Shown here: positions 40,653-47,236 of the stretch, piece after piece
Numbering within the stretch: the first letter of the stretch is position 1
Layout of the letters: each line of letters begins with the position of its first letter
Origin: Bacilli bacterium
GTDB taxonomy: Bacteria > Bacillota_I > Bacilli_A > RF39 > UBA660
Direction of reading: 5' to 3'
Length of the DNA stretch: 64,000 bases
Assembly (NCBI GenBank): GCA_051872635.1
Contig: JBJEEA010000004.1
Coordinates: forward strand, 12,739 to 76,738
The notes under the pieces: generated by a model
Told to the model about the DNA's origin: nothing
Database searches by the model: none
What the model saw: only the letters and a program-made list of their open reading frames with translations
Made by a program: the position numbers and the translations under genes

Positions 40653-40976
40653 TTAATACCCAATCAAATCTTTGTAGTGGTAACTGAACTCCCCACCTCC
40701 GGAGTTTACGTGATTAGATATTACTATCACATCACTAGAGTTACCAAACTTTGATAAGATACTATTTACCCTATCTGTGGGAGATAAAGTTATATCTTCT
40801 TCTCTTGTTATAGCAACTGGCACGCCTAGTTCTTTAAATCTATCATACATATATTTTGATATTAATAAATTATAATCTTTTTCTAGCATGTTATTACCTA
40901 CTGCTCCTGAATCAGTTCCACCATGTCCTGGATCTATAACTACTTTTTTTGTTGCTCTATCTTCATTATTATTCAT
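40653..40976 (-). CDS. 5' part of split N-acetylmuramoyl-L-alanine amidase (truncated by the element)
   Basis: MNNNEDRATKKVVIDPGHGG...LEKDYNL...TREED..LSPTDRV...ISNHVNSGGG, then 11 element-derived residues (EFSYHYKDLIG-Y*). Confidence 0.93.
   Translation of the reverse strand: MNNNEDRATKKVVIDPGHGGTDSGAVGNNMLEKDYNLLISKYMYDRFKELGVPVAITREEDITLSPTDRVNSILSKFGNSSDVIVISNHVNSGGGEFSYHYKDLIGY
40693..40708. repeat. attL core: 16-bp direct repeat CCACCTCCGGAGTTTA
   Basis: Identical to 28221-28236. Confidence 0.95.
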
Positions 40977-40993
40977 AATAATCACCTTCAAAG

Positions 40994-41021
40994 TAGTATA
41001 TGTAATTATTAGAATTTGGTT
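40994..41021 (-). promoter_or_regulatory. Sigma-K-like promoter of the amidase gene
   Basis: Minus strand: AAC C...; AC-N16-CATATACTA matches the B. subtilis sigma-K consensus AC-N16-18-CATAnnnTA, directly before the GAAGGTG RBS. Confidence 0.45.
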
Positions 41022-41056
41022 AATTTAACTAAGTATATTTATCTCAATATTGTTTT

Positions 41057-41653
41057 CTAAGATGTTTTTAATACATCATATATAATTTTTCTAATTTCTT
41101 CAATTCTATTATCAAATTCTGGATGTTCTTTAAACCATTTAATATTTAATGGTGATGGATGAGGTAGTACTATAGTTAATTTATCATTTATGTAATTATT
41201 TTTAAATATTAACTCATTAAAATTTTCTTTAGGAAAGAATACTTTAGCAACCTTAGCCCCAATTATAATATATAATTCATTATTTATATATTGTAATTCT
41301 TTTTTTAGCTATTTTTCATAGCATATTTTAGGAGGTATTCTGTCATTACCTTTTTCATCTTTACCTGGGTAACAATGTGAAAGGGCCGCTATATAAAAGT
41401 TGTTAGGATTATAAAAGATATCATCAGTTATCTTATACCACTCATATTTTAATTTTTTACCACTTTGATCAGTAAATGGTTTTAATGTTTCATGTACTGT
41501 TTTTGATGGTGCCTGACTAATTTGAACTATTTTAGAATTGATATTTCCTAAAAATATGGGATGTGGTTTAAAGCCAAATTTATCTTGACAAATAGTACAA
41601 TTTTGAATTTTATGTATTAATTTTTTAAAGTCTTTATTCATATAAGTTACCAT
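41057..41653 (-). pseudogene. Uracil-DNA-glycosylase-superfamily protein (family 4-like) with one in-frame nonsense codon
   Basis: CTICQ...ISQAP...HCYPGK...CYEK*LKKEL: TAG at 41309-41311 where Trp is expected. The frame continues to LPHPSPLNIKWF and TAG at 41057. Confidence 0.8.
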
Positions 41654-41663
41654 TTTATAATCC

Positions 41664-42065
41664 TTATATATTACCTTTCTTCCTCCACTTTGGATAATCA
41701 TAATATATTTTATTTAAATAATTTATAATGATATTTTTTTCTTTACTATTGATTTCAAAGTATTGATCTAAATTTTTTAATATGGACTCTTTAGCTCTTG
41801 ATTTTGATTCTTGTAGTTGATAAATATAATCGCAAACTATTAATTCAAATATTTCTTCTTCTTTATTTAAATCTAAATCATAATGTTTTAATAAATAGTC
41901 ATATAGGATTTCATAAGATTTTAAGTTTTTTAAGTATCTTCTATTAAAGACATCAAAATAGAATTCTTTAGGATATATTTTATATTCACCAGCTATATTA
42001 TTTATATATTCTTCTGCTTCTATTTCATCTAAAATCATTGTTGTTACATAATTAATGTCATTCAC
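41664..42065 (-). CDS. Hypothetical protein
   Basis: 133-aa ORF, coupled to the next gene. Confidence 0.6.
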   Translation of the reverse strand: MNDINYVTTMILDEIEAEEYINNIAGEYKIYPKEFYFDVFNRRYLKNLKSYEILYDYLLKHYDLDLNKEEEIFELIVCDYIYQLQESKSRAKESILKNLDQYFEINSKEKNIIINYLNKIYYDYPKWRKKGNI

Positions 42066-42137
42066 TCTTATTGTATCATTTTATACAAGAAATATAAAAC
42101 TATCTTATCCTATATTGGCATTTTTGGTCAACCGTTT

Positions 42138-44252
42138 TTATCTTGTTTTATTATTAGAATTATTTTCTTTTTTTTCTTCTTTATTATCCAATAAATTTAT
42201 ATATTCTTTAAAATAGTCTTTTAGCTTTATATTATATTTATATAGTTCTAATAATTTTTCTTTTTTACTATCAACTAGTGTATTATTTTCCTTATCATTT
42301 TGTATTAAATTTTTATTTAACTCTGGGTCTTCATATAGTTTAATATTAATTTCTTGAAGGTGAATATAATTATCTAATTGTTTTGAAATTTCTTTAATTA
42401 ACTTTTTTTCATAATTAATAGAATAATCTATGCTATTTTGCTTATTATATCTGTATTCATTAAATATTTTTATATTATACTTTATATTATCACTATATCT
42501 TTCTAATTTTAGTATTCTTCCGGTAGTTTTTTCAGTTATCATACTAATTGGATATTCTATTCCTTCTTTTGTCCAACTGGTAATATATTCATAGTAATTT
42601 GTAGAGCATATTGTTTCACAGTAATGATAATGTTCAAATGGAATTAAGCTATTATTTTCATATTTACTAATTCTTTCTTTTTCTTCTTTCGAAGAGGCAA
42701 AACCAATTAAGCTTATATTCTCTGGAGTATTAATTTTTTCTTTGAGTATCATATTTTTATAGTTTTCTTCTTTATTATCCATTTGTCTAAAATAATATCT
42801 ATCTTCAGGTGGAAAGTTTATTAATGATTTAATTAATGATATATAATCATTAGTTATATTATTGTTTGATTCTTTTACATTATCTTCATTTAATATTTTA
42901 TCGCTCTGTTTATCTAATTTTTCTCTTTCTTTTTTAGAATATGAAACTAGAAATAAATCTGATTTCTTTTCTGTACGTAGTTCTTCTGTTTCTTTTTGTG
43001 AATTTTTAAATTCTGGGTTTGGTTGATAGTCTACGATAATGCTGTTTAGATTTTCAAATAATGAAAAGTTATAAAAACTTATATTTTTTGTTAATAATTT
43101 GTCAAATTCAATTAATGGATATGAATATCCAAAATTATTTTTGAACTTTTCTTTAAGATTATTATCCTCATCCAATTTTATTTTTGAATTTTCTACATAT
43201 TCATCTAATATATGTCGTAAAGTTTTATCTTTTGTGGAAATATTTTGATCTTCAATTATGGCTATCTTATCTTCTTGTTTGATTTGATTTATTACACTTT
43301 TTCTTGTGTTTTTGCTATTTAGTTTTTTTAAAAGTATTTCATTACGAATATATTCATATATAAAATCATTCACTTTTTCATTTTCTTTTATTAATTTGCT
43401 AATATTATTTGGATTTGAATAAAACTCTATAGTTTGACTTTTTGGAGCCATATTTGATATTTCATTTAATATTTTTTCTTCTTCAGTTAATTTTCTTTTT
43501 AAATCTTGCTCTGTTTTATATCTCCATGTTATCAACTTAATATAATTTTCTTTACTATAATCAAGTTTAAATACAGTTTTAAATCTTCTGCAAAATTCAT
43601 TTATCTGTTTTGGATTATTTGTATTATCCCAATTTATTTCTTTTAATATATCATTTATTTTTTGATTAATAATTGTTTTTTTATAAAAAGCATATAATGA
43701 TCCTTTTTCACTTGTTAAGCCTAAAAGGTGCGATAAATTACTTTTATTTATACTTAATACTTCAGTAATATTTTTGTGTAGCCCATTATTTATTGTTTGG
43801 GAAAAATCTATTCCATCAAATTCTTCATCATATATCTTTTTATTTGAATATATTAATGTCATTAAATACTCTAATTGTTCATTTGAAGGTAAAAAATTTC
43901 TACTATGTATTTTACTCTTTATTTCATCTGGAATAGTAATTTCTTTTAAGTTACTTCCATTTATTAAATAATTATAAAGTGATAAATATGTTTGAATTAC
44001 AACGTCCTTCGTCTTTTCACCCATTGTTTTATTTGACAAGGCTATAGCTACAGACTTAATTAAGAATTCTATTCTACTATCATAATCTGACATTATACTC
44101 TCATATGACTTATCTTGCTTTTCATACGAATTGATTATGCTATATAGATTTTTAAATGAATTTAATAATTTTGTGTTATACCTTTTTATATTATTATTAG
44201 TATTTATAATATTTAATATTTTATAATTTTTAAAGAATTCATTTGTATTCAT
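42138..44252 (-). CDS. Large hypothetical protein
   Basis: 704-aa ORF with GGAGG RBS; no family confidently recognised. Confidence 0.7.
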   Translation of the reverse strand: MNTNEFFKNYKILNIINTNNNIKRYNTKLLNSFKNLYSIINSYEKQDKSYESIMSDYDSRIEFLIKSVAIALSNKTMGEKTKDVVIQTYLSLYNYLINGSNLKEITIPDEIKSKIHSRNFLPSNEQLEYLMTLIYSNKKIYDEEFDGIDFSQTINNGLHKNITEVLSINKSNLSHLLGLTSEKGSLYAFYKKTIINQKINDILKEINWDNTNNPKQINEFCRRFKTVFKLDYSKENYIKLITWRYKTEQDLKRKLTEEEKILNEISNMAPKSQTIEFYSNPNNISKLIKENEKVNDFIYEYIRNEILLKKLNSKNTRKSVINQIKQEDKIAIIEDQNISTKDKTLRHILDEYVENSKIKLDEDNNLKEKFKNNFGYSYPLIEFDKLLTKNISFYNFSLFENLNSIIVDYQPNPEFKNSQKETEELRTEKKSDLFLVSYSKKEREKLDKQSDKILNEDNVKESNNNITNDYISLIKSLINFPPEDRYYFRQMDNKEENYKNMILKEKINTPENISLIGFASSKEEKERISKYENNSLIPFEHYHYCETICSTNYYEYITSWTKEGIEYPISMITEKTTGRILKLERYSDNIKYNIKIFNEYRYNKQNSIDYSINYEKKLIKEISKQLDNYIHLQEINIKLYEDPELNKNLIQNDKENNTLVDSKKEKLLELYKYNIKLKDYFKEYINLLDNKEEKKENNSNNKTR

Positions 44253-44282
44253 CTTTTACCTCCAATTTAATTATAACATAAG

Positions 44283-45878
44283 TTATTTGTTTTTTTCTCT
44301 ATAATCATCATAATTACCTATATATTTAGTTATCTTTTTATTCTTTATTTCTAATATACTAGTGGCTATTTTATTTATAAAATATCTATCATGAGATACA
44401 AAAAGAATTGTACCACTATAATCTTTTAGTGATTCTTCAAGCATTTCTCTAGTATCTATATCAATATGATTAGTTGGTTCATCTAAGATTAAGAAGTTAT
44501 ATGAATTTTGTATTAGACAAAATATTTTTAATCTTACTTTTTCCCCACCAGATAAATACTTTATTTTCTTATAGATATTTTCTCCTGCAAAAAGATATTT
44601 AAATAAGGCACTTCTCAAATTTTGTTCTGGTCCTATGAAATATTTTTTTGCTTCTTCTAATATTGTTATGTTATTATCATCAAATTCTATTTCTTGAGGT
44701 ATATACCCTATTTTTATATTACTACCTATTTTAATACTACTATTTCCTTTTAATATTTCTTTTATTAAAGTAGATTTACCTACTCCATTCTCTCCGACTA
44801 GACAAGATTTATCTTGATATTTTATACTTAAATTTAAATCATTAAATATTTCTTTATTGGTAAATGATAAATTTAAATTAGTTATAGTCAGAACATCTTT
44901 ACCTGATCTATCATTATTATCAAAAGTTATGTTTAATTTTTTATTTTCTTCTGGTTTATCTAATTTATTTAATTTATCTAGTCTTTTTTGAATACTTGCT
45001 GCTCTTCTATAAAATATTTCACCACCACTAGGCCCACATAATCTTCCATATTCTTGCAGTTTTTTAATACTATTTTGCATAGCTTTTATTTGTTTTTGTT
45101 GATCTTTATAATTTTTTATTTCTAATAAAATCCTATTTTCACTTTCTTTAACATAGTAACTATAATTTCCATGATATATTTCTATACCTCTTTTGGTTAA
45201 TAAATATGTTTTATTTATAACATTATCCATAAAGTATCTATCATGAGATACTAGTATTACTGTACCTTTATAATTATTTAATGTTTTTTCTAACCAAACC
45301 ATCTTATTTATATCTAAGTGATTAGTTGGTTCATCTAATAATAGTACATCTGGTTCTTGTAATAATAGTTTTATTAATGATATGATTGTCTTTTCTCCTC
45401 CTGAGAGATTATTGAAATTTCTATTTAACATTTCTTCAGTTATATTAAATATGGGAAGTATTTTTTCTATTTTGCTTTCATATTCATATCCTCCTATACT
45501 CATAAATTTTTCTTGAAGATTTGTATATTTGGTTATTGTTTTATAATCATCTGTTAATAATTCATTTTCATATCTTGTTAGTTTTTCTTTTAGTTGTAAT
45601 ATTTCTTTAAAGGCACTATTTATATAATCCTTTACTTTTATATTATGATCTTCTGGTATTTGACTTAAGTAGCCTATGCTAATATCTTTTCTTATAGATA
45701 GCAAGCCGGAGTCAACGGTTTCTTTACCTGATATTATTTTTAGAAGTGTACTTTTACCACACCCGTTTGGACCTATTAACCCTACTTTTTCACCTTTTTG
45801 CACAGTTATATCTATATTATTTAAAACCATATCAAATCCAAAAGACTTACATACTTTACTTATATTTATATCTATCAT
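44283..45878 (-). CDS. ABC-F family ATPase, possible antibiotic-resistance (ribosomal protection) type
   Basis: Two ABC cassettes (GPNGCGKS, LSGGEK, LLDEPTNHLD; GENGVGKS, LSGGEK, ILDEPTNHID); no TM segments; upstream attenuator. Confidence 0.9.
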   Translation of the reverse strand: MIDINISKVCKSFGFDMVLNNIDITVQKGEKVGLIGPNGCGKSTLLKIISGKETVDSGLLSIRKDISIGYLSQIPEDHNIKVKDYINSAFKEILQLKEKLTRYENELLTDDYKTITKYTNLQEKFMSIGGYEYESKIEKILPIFNITEEMLNRNFNNLSGGEKTIISLIKLLLQEPDVLLLDEPTNHLDINKMVWLEKTLNNYKGTVILVSHDRYFMDNVINKTYLLTKRGIEIYHGNYSYYVKESENRILLEIKNYKDQQKQIKAMQNSIKKLQEYGRLCGPSGGEIFYRRAASIQKRLDKLNKLDKPEENKKLNITFDNNDRSGKDVLTITNLNLSFTNKEIFNDLNLSIKYQDKSCLVGENGVGKSTLIKEILKGNSSIKIGSNIKIGYIPQEIEFDDNNITILEEAKKYFIGPEQNLRSALFKYLFAGENIYKKIKYLSGGEKVRLKIFCLIQNSYNFLILDEPTNHIDIDTREMLEESLKDYSGTILFVSHDRYFINKIATSILEIKNKKITKYIGNYDDYREKNK

Positions 45879-45896
45879 AATTGTTTCCTCCCATTA

Positions 45897-46100
45897 AAAA
45901 AGTTATATGAACATGCATCCATATAACTTTTATTTATATATAGATGCAGGCACGACAAAAATTCACACCTACATCTCAATTTTTTACTTTTTAATGAGAA
46001 TAAGGTGTGATATTTATAGTGAACATGATTACATTACCTATATGTCTATACATAAATATCCCTCCATTAGTAATATATTATAATTTTTTATTTTTGTCAA
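45897..46100 (-). promoter_or_regulatory. Promoter + leader peptide + terminator (attenuator) of the ABC-F gene
   Basis: TTGACA-N17-TATATT; GGAGG RBS and uORF 46053-45991; hairpin TCACACCT/AGGTGTGA; terminator AAAAGTTATATG/CATATAACTTTTT immediately before the ABC-F RBS. Confidence 0.8.
45991..46053 (-). CDS. 20-aa leader peptide MYRHIGNVIMFTINITPYSH
   Basis: Strong RBS GGAGG 7 nt upstream; overlaps the 5' arm of the first hairpin. Confidence 0.7.
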   Translation of the reverse strand: MYRHIGNVIMFTINITPYSH

Positions 46101-46304
46101 ATATTATTTAATTATTTCTTTGCTTAATATAAAATAGTATTATTACTTTATGGTTAATATTTCTATTTCTTTTTCTAATAAATTTATGTGGACTACTATT
46201 GTATTTATTTGAGTACATTTTTTAAGCCAGTTATAAATATTTATATCAAATAAATTTACTATAAAGAATAAAGCATATATGTTTTTTTATCAACAACATT
46301 TGTA

Positions 46305-46386
46305 GATAAAAGAAAAACTATAGATATTATCTATAGTTTATACTTTAATTTTAAAGACTAAAGGCTTTAAAATTCTTTTTGAAGAC
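46305..46386 (+). repeat. ~82-bp repeat, copy A (CTATAGATA palindrome + AC-TAAA-GG hairpin + half hairpin)
   Basis: Matches 52772-52854 except for one A-run indel and one substitution. Confidence 0.9.
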
Positions 46387-46399
46387 AAGGAATAATATA

Positions 46400-46837
46400 T
46401 TATCTACTTCTTCCCTTTTTATTTTCAATGTGTTCTTCTCTTAATTCTTTGATATATTCTATTATATTAACATATTTATTTTCTTCTTCACTAAAGTACC
46501 AAATAGATGTTAAATCTTCTAAAGGGATAGCTCCCATTTGACCTTCTATTACTTTATCTGCTGGTGCTTGTAAGACTGGTCTTTTATTGTAATAAAATAA
46601 TTTATCTCCTCCTCTAGACCAGAATAATTCTTTTTTATGGCTTCCTTTTACTTTTTCTTTGGCTCTTACATATCCTGTATTTATAATATCTTCTATTTGG
46701 AGCATACCTGTTACTCTATATACAGAAGTATCTTTTGTTTTTAAGGAATTTGGATTATCTTTACCAAAGGCTAGTTCTTGAGTAAAAACTCTATTTCTAG
46801 TACTTTCTATTCTATCATCAATATTTTCTTCTGACAT
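46400..46837 (-). CDS. Hypothetical protein
   Basis: 145-aa ORF with AAGGAG RBS. Confidence 0.7.
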   Translation of the reverse strand: MSEENIDDRIESTRNRVFTQELAFGKDNPNSLKTKDTSVYRVTGMLQIEDIINTGYVRAKEKVKGSHKKELFWSRGGDKLFYYNKRPVLQAPADKVIEGQMGAIPLEDLTSIWYFSEEENKYVNIIEYIKELREEHIENKKGRSR

Positions 46838-46861
46838 GATATTCTCCTTTCTTATCTTTTG

Positions 46862-47236
46862 TTATTCTTTATCTATTATGGTTCTACCACTAATTCTTCC
46901 TTCATCATCTTTTATCCAAACATAGTATTTTTTATATTTAAAGTAAGGTACTTCTACTCTATTGTTTTCTATTTTATTCCAACATAATGCATTATTATCA
47001 GGTATACTTTTAGTAGTCTTCATACAATATGCTATGGGTTCTCCAATTGTTGTTATTACTATTTTATCATTATTCTTTTCTATTTTATCTATTCTAGCAG
47101 TCATTTCTTCAGTTGGCTTAGAATAATATTTATCATTATCATTATTTGGTAAAATATTCTTGACTACAATAAAACTGAATACTGCTAGTACAAATACTCC
47201 TGTTGTTATAATAAATGTACTACTATTACTTTTCAT
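46862..47236 (-). CDS. Membrane-anchored hypothetical protein
   Basis: N-terminal TM helix; overlaps the stop of the ATPase gene. Confidence 0.7.
   Translation of the reverse strand: MKSNSSTFIITTGVFVLAVFSFIVVKNILPNNDNDKYYSKPTEEMTARIDKIEKNNDKIVITTIGEPIAYCMKTTKSIPDNNALCWNKIENNRVEVPYFKYKKYYVWIKDDEGRISGRTIIDKE

Larger units (their letters stand above)
28221..40708 (-). mobile_element. Serine-recombinase integrative element (12,472 bp) inserted in the amidase-LysM gene; defence-type cargo
   Basis: Bounded by an exact 16-bp repeat; contains a large serine recombinase; the flanks are the two in-frame halves of one gene; no phage structural or conjugation genes are visible. Confidence 0.92.

Noticed and set aside
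28221-40708. Prophage or conjugative ICE
   Set aside because: No capsid, terminase, tail, Rep, relaxase or T4SS genes are recognisable within the 12.5 kb.
40653-40991. Complete short amidase
   Set aside because: It lacks the second catalytic Glu region, and its last residues come from element DNA beyond attL.
41309-41311. TAG stop-codon reassignment or read-through (also 59158-59160)
   Set aside because: TAG ends ordinary genes in this window (e.g. sigG at 4996, and 21076). The Bro-N gene also has a frameshift, so simple TGG-to-TAG mutation is more parsimonious.
46110-46290. Possible gene remnant upstream of the ABC-F promoter
   Set aside because: Only a ~40-codon open stretch with no start and no recognisable motif.
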